Below, piece after piece: positions 38,872-49,296 of a DNA stretch of 64,000 nt. The translations under genes and the position numbers were made by a program. The notes under the pieces are model-generated. The model ran no database searches, was not told where the DNA came from, and saw only the letters and a list, made by a program, of their open reading frames with translations. Location of the stretch: the NCBI GenBank assembly GCA_963842525.1, contig CAWJGT010000024.1, positions 32,001 through 96,000 on the forward strand. The letters run 5' to 3'. Source of the stretch: an uncultured Holophagales bacterium. Its GTDB lineage: Bacteria > Acidobacteriota > Thermoanaerobaculia > Multivoradales > UBA5704. The number at the start of each line of letters is the position of its first letter. Position 1 is the first letter of the stretch.

Positions 38872-38990
38872 CGGGTGTTCCTTTTTTGCACAAAAGATGG
38901 CAATGGATCGGATAGGTCCCCCGGGGCCGGTGCGGCGCGGGAATTCCCTCGGACGCTTTAGAGGTGCCGGCAGGGCAGGGAAGAGGGACG

Positions 38991-39035
38991 AAAACCCCCC
39001 GGCCGCCCCTTGGTTGCAATCCCGGGGCCGGCGGG
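38991..39035 (-). terminator. Possible intrinsic terminator after the export operon
   Basis: On the minus strand an imperfect GC stem (CCGGCCCC...GGGGCGGCCGG) is followed by GGGG-TTTT, just downstream of the 39052 stop. Confidence 0.35.
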
Positions 39036-39051
39036 TGGAAGAGCGGAGGCG

Positions 39052-39705
39052 CTACGGCCGGGCGGGCGAGGGCTCCGGATCCTCGTCGGTGACGATCACA
39101 CCGATGACGCCGCTCGCGAAGGCGGGCACGAGGATCTTCGAGCGGTCCCACCAGACCACGGCGCAGGGGCCGCAGACGTCGTCCGAGCGCCGGATCCCCT
39201 GGGAGTTGATGCGGGTGACGATCCCCTTGCAGAGGAAGCCCACCACCTTGGCCCCCTGCTGCTCCGGCCGGGTCTCCCCGATCGTGAGGTTCTCGGCGAC
39301 CCCCCGCTCCTTCGGGCTCAGGCGGATCTCGCAGCCGTCGTCGACCGGGGCCTTTTTGGCCTCCGACCGGGCGCCGATGCGGCCCGCGGCGTCCACCATG
39401 GCGACGTAGTACTCGATCTCGGTGTTGCGCTTCTCGGGCTTCGCCGGGATACCCCACAAGCGCCGTCCGGGCTCGGACTCCATGGCCACCCAGTAGAAGT
39501 CGGTGGAGTCGTGGTTCTTCCAGCGGAAGTAGAGCCGCGGCGTCTGGCCGACCGGGTCCGCGGAGAGCGTCGCCCGGATCACGGCGTTGTCCTCCTGCGG
39601 CACGCACTTCAGCTCGTCGAGCGCCACGGTTGGCCCCGGCTGGGCCTGCGCGACGGCGCAGGTCAGCAGAAGGCAGGCAGGGATCAGGACCTTCCGGATG
39701 TTCAT
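39052..39705 (-). CDS. Secreted Cys-containing protein with a C-terminal hydrophobic segment and an acidic-SPxxP tail
   Basis: Signal peptide MNIRKVLIPACLLLTCAVAQA; several Cys; ends ILVPAFASGVIGVIVTDEDPEPSPARP. Confidence 0.65.
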   Translation of the reverse strand: MNIRKVLIPACLLLTCAVAQAQPGPTVALDELKCVPQEDNAVIRATLSADPVGQTPRLYFRWKNHDSTDFYWVAMESEPGRRLWGIPAKPEKRNTEIEYYVAMVDAAGRIGARSEAKKAPVDDGCEIRLSPKERGVAENLTIGETRPEQQGAKVVGFLCKGIVTRINSQGIRRSDDVCGPCAVVWWDRSKILVPAFASGVIGVIVTDEDPEPSPARP

Positions 39706-39750
39706 GGCGGATCTCTCCTCAGAGAGTACATTCTACACCAAGGAGGGACG

Positions 39751-40797
39751 TCAAGGCTGACGCCGCCCAGAATTGCTCGGCACCGTGCCACCGCCGGCGG
39801 CCGGAGGCTCGCTGCCGAGGATCTTCTTCGTATACGAATCGATGTACGGGCTCCGTTGCAAATTGGGCAGGGAGCGCCGGAGCGCCTCGGCCGCCGCCTG
39901 CGCCTTGCCCGACTCGTAGAGGGAGACGGCGAGATAGAACAGCCGCTCCGGCTCGTCCTCGCCGGGCCCGCCGCCGTTCTGGAGGTAGGCGGCGGCCTCC
40001 TGCCAGCGCGACACCCGGTAGGCGGCCTCGCCGGCCAGGTGATGCGCTTCCCTGGAGTCGGGGTGCGCGTCGGCCACCTCGCGGGCGAGCTGGAAGGCCT
40101 GCCGCAGGTCGCGTGCCTTCTCCTTTTCCGCCAGGAGCTGCTTCGCCGTCGCCAGCTTCTTCTGCTCCTCTTCGGTGATCGGCGATGTGGGCCGCGGCCC
40201 GGCCGGAGCGACGGCAGGGGGTGTGGTGTTTGCGGGGTCCGCGGTCGTCCCGGGCGGCGCGGCGGGCGGGCTCGCCGCGGGCGGCTGGCTGCGGGGCTGC
40301 TCCCGGCCCCTCCGGTCCTGGACGGCGCCTTTGGCTGTCTGGGCCTCCGGCTTGCGCCCTGCCAGGGTGCGGAAGGCGGGCGGCGATCCGGCCAGGGTCG
40401 CCGCGGGAATGAGCGCGGCCAGCCGCGCCTCCAGGGCGCCGCGGACCTCCGGCGGGAGAGTGCTCTGGCTGTACGCCTGGAACCGCTCCTCCAGCACGAC
40501 GAGGCGCCGGAAGGTCTCGCGGAACCCCTCCCGGTCCGTGGCCTTGTCCTGGGCCAGGGCGAGGCGGGCGAGGCACTCCGCCAGCGCCACCGGCTCGTCG
40601 AGCATGCCGAAACAGGCCAGGCGCAGGCTCCTCGCCGCGATAGGGAAATTACCGCGGTCGTACTCGTGGATGCCGTCGCGCAGCAGCTCGAAGTAGGAGG
40701 GGTCGATGGCCCGCAGCGGGGCCGGGCTCAGCAGGACGGCAGCCAGGGCGGCGGCGCAGAGGACGAGTCTTGGCTTGATGGGCTTGATTGGCTTCAT
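39751..40797 (-). CDS. Secreted/periplasmic TPR-like protein with a Pro/Ala-rich linker
   Basis: Signal peptide, helical N-domain, PPAASPPAAPP linker, TPR-like C-terminus (AHHLAGEAAYR, LFYLAVSLYESGK). Confidence 0.7.
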   Translation of the reverse strand: MKPIKPIKPRLVLCAAALAAVLLSPAPLRAIDPSYFELLRDGIHEYDRGNFPIAARSLRLACFGMLDEPVALAECLARLALAQDKATDREGFRETFRRLVVLEERFQAYSQSTLPPEVRGALEARLAALIPAATLAGSPPAFRTLAGRKPEAQTAKGAVQDRRGREQPRSQPPAASPPAAPPGTTADPANTTPPAVAPAGPRPTSPITEEEQKKLATAKQLLAEKEKARDLRQAFQLAREVADAHPDSREAHHLAGEAAYRVSRWQEAAAYLQNGGGPGEDEPERLFYLAVSLYESGKAQAAAEALRRSLPNLQRSPYIDSYTKKILGSEPPAAGGGTVPSNSGRRQP

Positions 40798-41546
40798 GCT
40801 TCACCTTCAAGGAGGTCCGGGGGAGGCGGCAGCGGCCGGTCCTCGATCACGGCGCGGGGGTGATCGAGGGTCAGCCGCTGCGCCATCTCTTCGCTCCAGC
40901 GCGCGGCGATCGTCTCGTAGGCGCGGCGCAGGCCGGGCGGGCGGCGGGCGGTGTCGTGCGAGTCGCTGGCCACGTAATGGACGAGCCCGTCCTCCAGCAG
41001 GCGGTGCGCGTCCAGCATGGGCCGGCGGCCGAAGTCGCCGGTGACGCTCATCGCCGTCACCTGCACGGTCGCGCCCAGGCGGACGAGGCGCTCCACCAGG
41101 CCCGGATCTGACCCCAGCCAGGGGATGAGCTCGGGATGGGCCAGGATCGGCCGCCAGCCGGCGACCGCGGTCTCGTGGACCAGGTGGAAGGCCTCGTCCG
41201 GGGTGCCGTGGACGGCGAGCTCGAGGAGCAGGTAGCGCGAGCCGGCGAGGCTCAGGATACCGCCGTCCGGCAGGCGCTGCACCTCGTCGAGGACCTCCGC
41301 GTCGGCGTGGACCTCGCCGCCCAGCAGCACGCGGAAACCGTCGCCCACCGCCTCCTGGAGCTCGCGGGCGAGGGCGCGCAGCCGGTCCCGGTCGTCGTTC
41401 CACCAGATGCCGCGGCGCTGGTGCGGGGTCGCCACCATGGCCTCGCAGCCCTGGGCGGCGGCCAGCCGGCACATGGCGACGGCCTCGGCGAGGCTCTGGG
41501 CGCCGTCGTCGACCCCCGGGAGGATATGGCAGTGCAGGTCGATCAT
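40794..41546 (-). CDS. PHP-family protein-tyrosine phosphatase (CpsB/CapC/YwqE type)
   Basis: MIDLHCHILPGVDDGA, VATPH, ILAHPE, VASDSH; ATG overlaps the wzc stop. Confidence 0.92.
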   Translation of the reverse strand: MIDLHCHILPGVDDGAQSLAEAVAMCRLAAAQGCEAMVATPHQRRGIWWNDDRDRLRALARELQEAVGDGFRVLLGGEVHADAEVLDEVQRLPDGGILSLAGSRYLLLELAVHGTPDEAFHLVHETAVAGWRPILAHPELIPWLGSDPGLVERLVRLGATVQVTAMSVTGDFGRRPMLDAHRLLEDGLVHYVASDSHDTARRPPGLRRAYETIAARWSEEMAQRLTLDHPRAVIEDRPLPPPPDLLEGEA

Positions 41547-43870
41547 CAGGCGGCGGATCCGGCCTTCGACCCGCTCTCTTCCGCCCCGTACCCGTAGGAC
41601 TCGTACTCGCGATAGCCGCGGGGGACGCCCGCCTGGAGGGACCGGTACCGGTTGAGGACGGCGCCGAGGATCTTGATGTCCGCCTGCCGCAGGCGGTCGC
41701 GGACGAGGCGGGCCTCGTCCCGCGTCACCTTTTTGCAGCGCAGGGTCAGCACCACGCCGTCGGCGGCGATGCCGACCAGGGTGGCGTCGGTGACCGCCAG
41801 GGCGGGCGGCGTGTCGATGACGATGGACTCGAAGCGGGCGCGCAGCGCGCGGAGCGTCTCCCGCATACGGTCGGAGGAGATCAGCTCGGACGGGTTGGGT
41901 GGCGTCGGCCCGGAGGGGATCACCCAGAGGTTCGGCACCTCGGTGGGCAGGATCACCTCGTCGAGCTCCGCGGAGCCGGTCAGGGCGTTGACCAGGCCTA
42001 TCCGGTTGGAGACGTGGAAGACCTGGTGCAGGCGCGGCTTGCGCAGGTCGCAGTCGACGAGCACGACCGGGCGGCCGAGCTGGGCGAGGACCACCGCCAT
42101 GTTGGCGGCGGTGGCGGTCTTGCCCTCGCCGGCCACCGCCGAGGTCACGGCGATGACCTTGAGCTCGCGGGCGGTCGACAGCAGCAGGGCGGTGCGCAGC
42201 GAGCGGTAGGACTCGGAGATCAGCGTGCGCGGCCTCTCGTGCGGCACCAGCTCGATCTGCGGCGGCGACGAAGGGGGTGCCTTCTTCTTCTCCAGCCAGC
42301 CGGCGGGCGTCGAGCGGCTCGCCCGGACGCGCGGGCGCTCTCCCGACGGCGGGTTGCCGTACCCGGAGGCGGAGTAGTAGCCGTAGGCCTTGCCGACGTC
42401 GGCGATGTCCTGGATCACGGCCAGCGTCGGCAGCCCCAGGCGCCGCTCGACCTCCTCGGCCGTCTTGATCGTGCGGTCGAGGAACTCGATCAGCAGGGCG
42501 CCGCCGATGCCGAGCAGCAGGCCGAAGAGCAGGCCGTAGGTCAGGTCCTTGCGCAGGGCGGGGCGGAACGGGCCGTCCGGCACCAGGGCGTAGTCGATGA
42601 TGCGGATGTTCGACTCGCGCGTGTCCTGCATGCGGGCCGCCACATCGGTCTCCGACTGCTGCTTCAGCAGCTCGTTGAGCAGCGTGCGGCGGGAATCGAT
42701 CTCGACCCTGAGGTTGGTGAACTGGACGGCGGCCGAGCTCTGGTCCATGGCATTGCGCTTGGACGCCTCGAGCTCGTTGTTCAGCGACTGCTCCTGGCGC
42801 AGCACGGTCTGGTACTCGGACCACGCCGTGCTGCGGGCCTTGCTCACCATCTCGCGGATGACCTCGTCGACGTGCTGCTGTCCCTTCTCGATCTCGGCGC
42901 GCAGCGAGACCATCTCGGGCCAATCCGGCTTGAAGGTCTTGAGATTGGTCTCGTACTGGCTCTCGAGCCCGAGCTGCCGCGTCCGCAGGCCGCCGACCAC
43001 GCCCGGGGCCAGGCTGTCGGCCACGGTCTCGGCGGGGGCCGTGGTGATCTCGTGATATCTCGCCTCTTTCTGGATGCGCGCCTTCTTGGCGTCCATCAGG
43101 CTGGTGTTGAGCGACTCGAGACGCTGCAGGAGCACGTTCTGGCCGGGCTCCAGGACCACGATGTCGCTGCGCCGGCTGAAGGCCTGGAGCTGGGCCTCCT
43201 TGTCCGAGATCTCCTGCTTCAGGCTCTCGATCTGCGAGCCCAGGAACGTCGAGGCCTTGCCGGCCGAGGTGTAGCGGTCTTCCACCCCCATGTCGATGAA
43301 CGACTCCCCGAAGGCGTTGGCCGCCCGGGCCGCGAACTCGGGGGAGGCGGAGGAGAACGACAGCCGCACGAGCTGGGTGTTGCGCACCGGCTCGACCGAC
43401 AGGCCGCCCTTGACCTGGCTCGCCAGCCGGCCCAGGGTCGCCTCATCGTCCTCGGCCGTCGTGGCACGGGCGCCTCCCCGCTCCGGTCCGGCTCCCGGAT
43501 TGAAGCTCGGGTCCTCCATCAGGTCGAGCTTCTTGACCACCCGCTCGGCGAGGCCGCGGCTCTGCAGCAGCTCGTACTGGGTGGGGTAGAACTCCAGGTT
43601 CCAGAAGTTCTCGAACCACGGGCTCTGGCCGGTCCCCACCGGCGCCATGTTGCGGCGCTCGATCTGGATGGTCGACGTCGCCATGTACTGCTTGGGGGTG
43701 ATGGCGAAATGGACGGCGGCGGCGACCAGGGAGACGAGGCAGGCCACGGCCACCAGCTTCCAGTGGCGGCGCACCATGCCGAGGTATTCGGACAGGTTGA
43801 AGTCGAATTCCGTCTCCGGCCCGAAGCCGAGATCGTCCTGGGATGGGGCCGGGGAAGGCTGGGAAATCAA
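41546..43870 (-). CDS. wzc: Polysaccharide co-polymerase / bacterial tyrosine kinase (Wzc/GumC)
   Basis: Two TMs flanking a coiled-coil periplasmic domain, ESYRSLRT, GEGKT, DCDLRKP, IDTPP, Tyr-rich tail GYREYESYGY. Confidence 0.92.
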   Translation of the reverse strand: MISQPSPAPSQDDLGFGPETEFDFNLSEYLGMVRRHWKLVAVACLVSLVAAAVHFAITPKQYMATSTIQIERRNMAPVGTGQSPWFENFWNLEFYPTQYELLQSRGLAERVVKKLDLMEDPSFNPGAGPERGGARATTAEDDEATLGRLASQVKGGLSVEPVRNTQLVRLSFSSASPEFAARAANAFGESFIDMGVEDRYTSAGKASTFLGSQIESLKQEISDKEAQLQAFSRRSDIVVLEPGQNVLLQRLESLNTSLMDAKKARIQKEARYHEITTAPAETVADSLAPGVVGGLRTRQLGLESQYETNLKTFKPDWPEMVSLRAEIEKGQQHVDEVIREMVSKARSTAWSEYQTVLRQEQSLNNELEASKRNAMDQSSAAVQFTNLRVEIDSRRTLLNELLKQQSETDVAARMQDTRESNIRIIDYALVPDGPFRPALRKDLTYGLLFGLLLGIGGALLIEFLDRTIKTAEEVERRLGLPTLAVIQDIADVGKAYGYYSASGYGNPPSGERPRVRASRSTPAGWLEKKKAPPSSPPQIELVPHERPRTLISESYRSLRTALLLSTARELKVIAVTSAVAGEGKTATAANMAVVLAQLGRPVVLVDCDLRKPRLHQVFHVSNRIGLVNALTGSAELDEVILPTEVPNLWVIPSGPTPPNPSELISSDRMRETLRALRARFESIVIDTPPALAVTDATLVGIAADGVVLTLRCKKVTRDEARLVRDRLRQADIKILGAVLNRYRSLQAGVPRGYREYESYGYGAEESGSKAGSAA

Positions 43871-44709
43871 AAGAACGACTCCTTGACGTAGACGACGTCG
43901 CCCTGCTGCAGCTCGATGTCGGGGTCCTTCCCCGCGAGGATCCGCTTGTAGTCGGCGGTCAGCTCCGAGGCGATGCCGTGCAGGTTGCGCTTGATGATGA
44001 CCTTCTTGCCGGCGCGGTCGGTCAGGCCGCCGGTGCGCGCGATGGCGGTGAGCAGGGAGATGCGCTCCGAGCTCTTGAACGAGACCGAGCCGGGCTCCTG
44101 CACCTCGCCCATGCAGTAGACCACCACCTCCACCGCCACGGGCACGTTGATCAGGTCGCCGGCGAAGATCGGGATGTTGACCCGGGGGTCGGCGCGCGCC
44201 ATGAGGTCCTGCACGGAGACCGCGACCTGGTCGGAAAGACCGTTGTCGGACCGGCGCAGCACATAGACGACGCCGCCGTTGCCATCGGCGAGGCCGCCGG
44301 CGGCGGTGAGCGCCTCGAGCAGGGTCCAGCGCCCCGACAGGGCGAGGCTGCCGGGCTGCCGGACGGCGCCGATCACCGAGATCGGGCGCGAGCGGTACTC
44401 CAGCACCTGCACCGAAACGGAGGCGCGGTTCAGCAGCTTCTCCTCCAGGGCCTCCTTGATCTTCTGGGCCGCCTGGGTCTCGGTCAGACCCGCCACCTCC
44501 ACGTCTCCCACCAGGGGCAGGGAGACGGTGCCGTCCTCGGCGACGCGCCGGCTGACGTTGAGCTGCTCGGTCTCGAAGACCTTGATCTCCAAAAGGTCCC
44601 GGGGGCCGATCCGGTAGGACGGGTTCTTGTCCGGAGCCTGTCCGGACGCGGGGCCGGCCAGCAGAACGAGGGAGAGGACGACGGAGGTGAGGCTGACTAT
44701 CTGCTTCAT
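43867..44709 (-). CDS. wza: Polysaccharide export protein (OPX/Wza family, Poly_export + SLBB domains), short non-lipoprotein type
   Basis: YRIGPRDLLEIKVF, DGTVSLPLVGDV, GAVRQPG, AGGL; SPI-type signal without a lipobox Cys; ends DVVYVKESFF. Confidence 0.88.
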   Translation of the reverse strand: MKQIVSLTSVVLSLVLLAGPASGQAPDKNPSYRIGPRDLLEIKVFETEQLNVSRRVAEDGTVSLPLVGDVEVAGLTETQAAQKIKEALEEKLLNRASVSVQVLEYRSRPISVIGAVRQPGSLALSGRWTLLEALTAAGGLADGNGGVVYVLRRSDNGLSDQVAVSVQDLMARADPRVNIPIFAGDLINVPVAVEVVVYCMGEVQEPGSVSFKSSERISLLTAIARTGGLTDRAGKKVIIKRNLHGIASELTADYKRILAGKDPDIELQQGDVVYVKESFF

Positions 44710-44779
44710 TGTAGAAAGCTTACCGCCCTATAGCATACACGGAACACCGGTCCCCGGTCCAGAGGGGGCTCCTAAAGCC

Positions 44780-46042
44780 CTAAAGCCGGCCCAGGATGAC
44801 GGTGACGCCTCCGGACACGTAGGAGCGATCCTGACCGGTGTCGGCGACGAAGTTGCTGCGCAGGGCCCGCGCGATCACCTGGATGGAGCCGGGGAAGATG
44901 ATGCGGAGAGAGCCGCCATAGGAGGTGACGTCGTCGGTCCGCTCCGGCCTGCCGGAGAAGGCGGAGATGAAGTCGTCGGTCCCGATCTCCCCGAAGGCGC
45001 GCACCGATGCCTGCTCCGTCAAGTTCACCTCGAAGGCCAGCCCCTGGCGGCGGTCGTCGAGGTAGGCGTAGCTGGGCGAGAGCGAATAGACCAGGTTGCG
45101 GTTCGCGTAGGTCCAGACCTCGATCCGCTGCCGCGGGCGCAAGGAGACGATCACGCTGCCGGTGACGCCGTCGAAATCCACGAAGCGCGAGGCGTTGCGG
45201 GCCTCCAGGGAGCGCGCGGCGACGTCGAGCTGGACGAAGAAATGGCGGCGGTCGACCAGCGCTTCCAGCACCGGGGCGGTGCCGGTGTTCGAGGCGTCGA
45301 GGAGCGGGTGCGTGAACTCGACCTGCGAGCGCTCGACCCCCACGCCCACCATCCATCCCTCCCGCGGCCGCCAGCGCACCCCCGTACGCGCCACCAGCTC
45401 CTCGCGGTCCAGCAGCCCGAGGTCCCGTTGCGGATCGCCCTCCTCCTCGTCCGTCAGGTTCTCCTGTTGGACGTGCGAGATCCTGGCGAAGGCGGAGAAA
45501 TGGCCGGTCGGCCTCACCTCGGTGGTCACCGCGATCCGGTCGTTCCGCGCATTGACCAGCCGCGGCAGCTCGGGGGTGAGGATCTGCAACTGCTCGTCCC
45601 GCTCCGCCAGCGCCTCCAGGGTCATGCGATTGAAGAACCCGTACGTGGTGAGCCCGAAGCGCTGGTTCACGCGCCGCTGCTCGGACCGTTCGCGCCACCA
45701 GACGTACTCGGGCAGGACGTGGGGCACCCAGACGACCTTGTCGCCGGTCCGCAGATAGGCGCGGAGCCCCGCGCTGAGGGTGGCCGTGAAGTCCGCGTTG
45801 TCGTTCCCGGTCTGGAAGAAGTCGCGCACGTAAGCCACATTGCGCAAGCCGGCCGACGGGGTCACGCGCAACGCGCCCAGGTGGAAGCGCGCGGTCTCCA
45901 CCTCGCGGTCCAACTGCGTCTTGCGGTCTACGGGGCGGTCATCCAGCCCTCCAGGTTCCGTATACTGGATGAATTGTGCCCGGGCGCTACCCGCAGTCAC
46001 GACGAGTGCTGCAATAGAGAAAGTCAGGATTCTCAGACGCAT
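44780..46042 (-). CDS. Outer-membrane beta-barrel protein of the polysaccharide export locus
   Basis: Signal peptide MRLRILTFSIAALVVTAGSARA, many amphipathic beta-strand segments; first gene of the wza-wzc operon. Confidence 0.7.
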   Translation of the reverse strand: MRLRILTFSIAALVVTAGSARAQFIQYTEPGGLDDRPVDRKTQLDREVETARFHLGALRVTPSAGLRNVAYVRDFFQTGNDNADFTATLSAGLRAYLRTGDKVVWVPHVLPEYVWWRERSEQRRVNQRFGLTTYGFFNRMTLEALAERDEQLQILTPELPRLVNARNDRIAVTTEVRPTGHFSAFARISHVQQENLTDEEEGDPQRDLGLLDREELVARTGVRWRPREGWMVGVGVERSQVEFTHPLLDASNTGTAPVLEALVDRRHFFVQLDVAARSLEARNASRFVDFDGVTGSVIVSLRPRQRIEVWTYANRNLVYSLSPSYAYLDDRRQGLAFEVNLTEQASVRAFGEIGTDDFISAFSGRPERTDDVTSYGGSLRIIFPGSIQVIARALRSNFVADTGQDRSYVSGGVTVILGRL

Positions 46043-46106
46043 GGTGTCTCCACGAACGATCTCCGCCACGATGGATCCGGTCGCTGCCGAGCCGAAGGGT
46101 AGCGCG

Positions 46107-47591
46107 ATGATACGCCATGCCGGTCTCGCGCTGACCGGCCTGCTGGCGGTGCTGCTGGCCTGGGCCCCGCTGCCGTTCGGCGGCGTCACGCCCTGGGCGG
46201 TGGCCCTTCTGCAGGCGCTCTCGCTCGCCGCCCTGGCCCTGGCGGCGTGGGCCGTCGCCCGCCCGGCGGCCCTGCGGCCCGCGGCCTTCCCGGCGGCGGC
46301 TCTCGGCGCCGTGGCCCTGCTCGGCCTCCTGCAGGCGCTCGCCTGGCCGCCGGCCCTCGTCTCCCGGATTTCGCCCGGGCACGCCGCGGCCTGGCGGCAG
46401 GCCGCCGTGCTCCCCGGCGTGGAGGCGGACGGCGGGCCGCGGCTGACCCTGGCCCCCGGGGCGTCGCGGGCCGCGGCACGGACCTGGGCCGCTGCTGCGG
46501 CCTGCCTGCTGGCCGGTGCGGCGGTGGGCCGGCGGCGCGCCCGGCGGCGCTGGCTCGCCGGAGCCGTGCTGGCCGGGGCGCTCTTCCAGGTCTTCTTCGG
46601 CGCGCAGCAGTGGTTCGCGCGCTCTTCTTCCCTCTGGGGGGTGGACATCCCGCGCAGCCCCCGCCTGCACGGCACCTTCGTCAACCCGAACCACCTGGCG
46701 CTCTACCTCGAGATGGCTCTGGCCGTCGCCTTCGCCGCGGTGTGGTGGGGGGCCCGCCGCGCCCGCAAGGAGCCGCTGGTCGAGCGGCGGGTGATCCTGC
46801 TGGCGATCCCCGGCCTGCTCTGGCTCACCCTGTTCACCGGGCTCGCCTTCACCGGGTCGCGCGGCGGCCTGCTGGCCGCGGTGGCGGGTGTCGGTGCGCA
46901 AGGGCTGCTCGTCGCGGCCGTGCGCCGCCGCTGGCGCTCGGCCGTTCTGGGGTTGGGCGCCGCCGCGGCGGGGATCGCCGTGGTGGCGGCGGTAGGCCTG
47001 CGCGAGGGGCTCGGGAGGATCCTGACCACCACCGCGGGCGACGCGAGCTGGGGCGCTCGGTGGCGGGAGTACGGCGCCGTGGTCGACCTCTGGCAGCGGT
47101 TCCCGGCCACTGGGACGGGGCTCGGCACATTCCGCGAGGCCTTCCCCGCGGTGCAGCCTCCGGATCTCCAGGGGACCTGGTGGCACGCCCACAGCGACCT
47201 GCTGGAGCTGCTGGCCACGACCGGCGTCCTGGGCCTCCTGCTGCTCGCGGCCGGGCTCGTCCCCCTGGTCCTGCGCCTGGCCGCGGTGCTCTCCGGCGCG
47301 GGTCGCTCGGAGGACCGCGCGGCGGCGCTGGCCGTCCTCGGCGCGCTCGCCGCCGTCGGTGTCCACGAGGTCCTCGACTTCGGTCTGACGATGCCGGGCA
47401 ACGCCCTGACCCTGGCGGTGCTGGCCGGCGCTGCCGTGGTCGTCGAAGTGTCCGGCGCCTCAGCGCAGGCGGACGGCCCCCGGCACCAACCTGCCGCCGC
47501 CCACGGAGCCGATCTCCAGGAGGTGCAGCCCCGGCCGCAGGGTGAGGTCCAGGGCCAGGGGCCGCGCCGGAAACACCGGAAACGCTCCTAG
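46107..47591 (+). CDS. O-antigen ligase family protein (WaaL/Wzy_C)
   Basis: APLPFGGV, GTFVNPNHLA, FTGSRGG, GTGLGTF, HAHSDLLE, DFGLTMPGNA. Confidence 0.85.
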   Translation: MIRHAGLALTGLLAVLLAWAPLPFGGVTPWAVALLQALSLAALALAAWAVARPAALRPAAFPAAALGAVALLGLLQALAWPPALVSRISPGHAAAWRQAAVLPGVEADGGPRLTLAPGASRAAARTWAAAAACLLAGAAVGRRRARRRWLAGAVLAGALFQVFFGAQQWFARSSSLWGVDIPRSPRLHGTFVNPNHLALYLEMALAVAFAAVWWGARRARKEPLVERRVILLAIPGLLWLTLFTGLAFTGSRGGLLAAVAGVGAQGLLVAAVRRRWRSAVLGLGAAAAGIAVVAAVGLREGLGRILTTTAGDASWGARWREYGAVVDLWQRFPATGTGLGTFREAFPAVQPPDLQGTWWHAHSDLLELLATTGVLGLLLLAAGLVPLVLRLAAVLSGAGRSEDRAAALAVLGALAAVGVHEVLDFGLTMPGNALTLAVLAGAAVVVEVSGASAQADGPRHQPAAAHGADLQEVQPRPQGEVQGQGPRRKHRKRS

Positions 47592-49128
47592 CACGGCGCC
47601 GTCCAGCCGCGGCTCGACGATCGCGCCGTTTTCCGGCACCTCGTCGAGCTGCACCTCGATGCCGCGCGCCGGACCGTCGATCAGCATCTCCAGGCGGGCG
47701 CTCTCCCGCTGCCAGGTCCAGGCCCAGGCCGGCCATTCGCGCGCCTGGAGCTTCGCGCAGCTTGCCCTCGGCTTGCAGCCCGGCGCCGATGTCGCCGCCG
47801 GCCCTGGCCAGCTCGCGGCGTGCCAGCCAGTAGGCGGGCCGCCGCCACCAGGAGGCGTGGGCCAGGTCGAGCGCGGCCTTCGCTTCGTCGAAGCGCTGCC
47901 GCTGGGTCATGACGCGCGCCTTCGCCACCAGGTAGGGGGCCCAGGGCTCGCTCCAGAGAGTTTCCGAGCGCCGTTCCAGATCCAGGGCCCCGGGGAGGTC
48001 GCCGGCGAAGAGAAAGGCCATGGCCTCCTGCGGGGGCGAGGCATCGCCCGCCAGGCGTGCCAGGCGCTTGAGGGCAGGAGGGGAAAGAGGGCAGCCGGCG
48101 AATTGGCACCTCTTCACGACCCAGTCGAGCTGCCGGCCGAGCCGCTCCGCCGTCTCGGTACCGACCGGGCCGGCGGGGCAGTCCGTCAGGGCCGCGTTCA
48201 ACAGGTCCTGATCGCGCGGATCCGGGCGCACCTCGCCGGCAACGGCGAGATAGTGGCCGCGCGCCTCGCGCAGGTGCCCCTGGTCGAGATGCTCGTTGGC
48301 CTCGGCGAGCCGGGTCTGGAGCTGCGCCCGCAGCGTCCGGTCCCAGCCCACCTGGGCGGCGCGGAACCCCGTCCAGTCGCCGCGGCTGGCGAAGAGCTGC
48401 TGCACCCGCTCCCAGGCCCGCGGGTCCGGGGGGAGCGCGGACACCAGGGTCTGCTTGTCGGTGGCCGCGGCGAGCCAGGGATCGAGGAACGTCCTGAGGT
48501 CCTCCGGGTCGCGCAGCAGCTCGGCCACCAGGATGCGGGTGCGCTCCCGTTTGCGCGGCGAGAGGGCCGGCCAGATCTGCAGGTAGGCCGCGGCCAGGAG
48601 GCGGAGCGGCTCGCGCTTGGCCGGCGCCAGGCGGCGGGCCGCGAGGAGCGGCTCCTCCCAGTGCTCCGGCGTGGTGAAGAGGCGCGGGTCGCGGGCGTTG
48701 GCCCACCCCTGCCAGGTGGCGGCGCCGAGGACCATGGCGGCCTCCCACGAGACCGGCCGGCGTGCCAGGACCTCGCCCGCCTGCCGCGCCGTCTCCTCCA
48801 GCCGGGCGGCGCTCTGCCGCAGCTCCGCCCGCCCCTCCGGCGTCGCCGGGTCGAGAGAACCGGCGCGCTTCATCTCGCTCGCCAACACCGCCCGGGCCGC
48901 CCGCAGCCGCACGCCGTCCGGGTCCGGCTCACGCGCCAGCTCCCGCGCCAGACGCGGGTCGACCCGCACTCCCGAGCGTTCGAGCCAGGCGGTCTGCGCC
49001 TCCCGCTCGCCGCGCAGGGTGTGATGGCGGGAGACCGCGAGCAGCGCCAGGACGGTCGCGAAAGCGGCGCAGGCGAGGCGCAGAGCCAGGGGGAGCACGG
49101 CTCCATCGTACCGCACCGGTTCCCCCAT
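47460..49128 (-). CDS. Membrane-anchored helical/TPR-like hypothetical protein, +1 frameshift near 47757
   Basis: N-terminal TM then helical repeats; removing one base joins ...AEGKL to AKLQAREWPAWAWTW...MLIDGPARG (47460..47687 ORF). Confidence 0.6.
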
Positions 49129-49296
49129 GGCATCATGGCGCCGGAGGTTTGTACGAGTTGACCTGCACCTCGGCGCAGAGAGCCCCTTTTTCAGCAGAGT
49201 GAGGCCAGGGCTCGGCGAGCTTCGCCCCGTGACGCTCTCGGGTGAGCCCTGTGCCGGAGCGGGCGGGGTGGGCTCCGGCGCGTTATCCTCCTTTCG

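Noticed and set aside
38878-38905. TTTTG-CA-CAAAA inverted repeat or sigma54-like site upstream of sat
   Set aside because: Lacks the invariant GG at -24 in the right orientation, overlaps the RBS region and is too short to call
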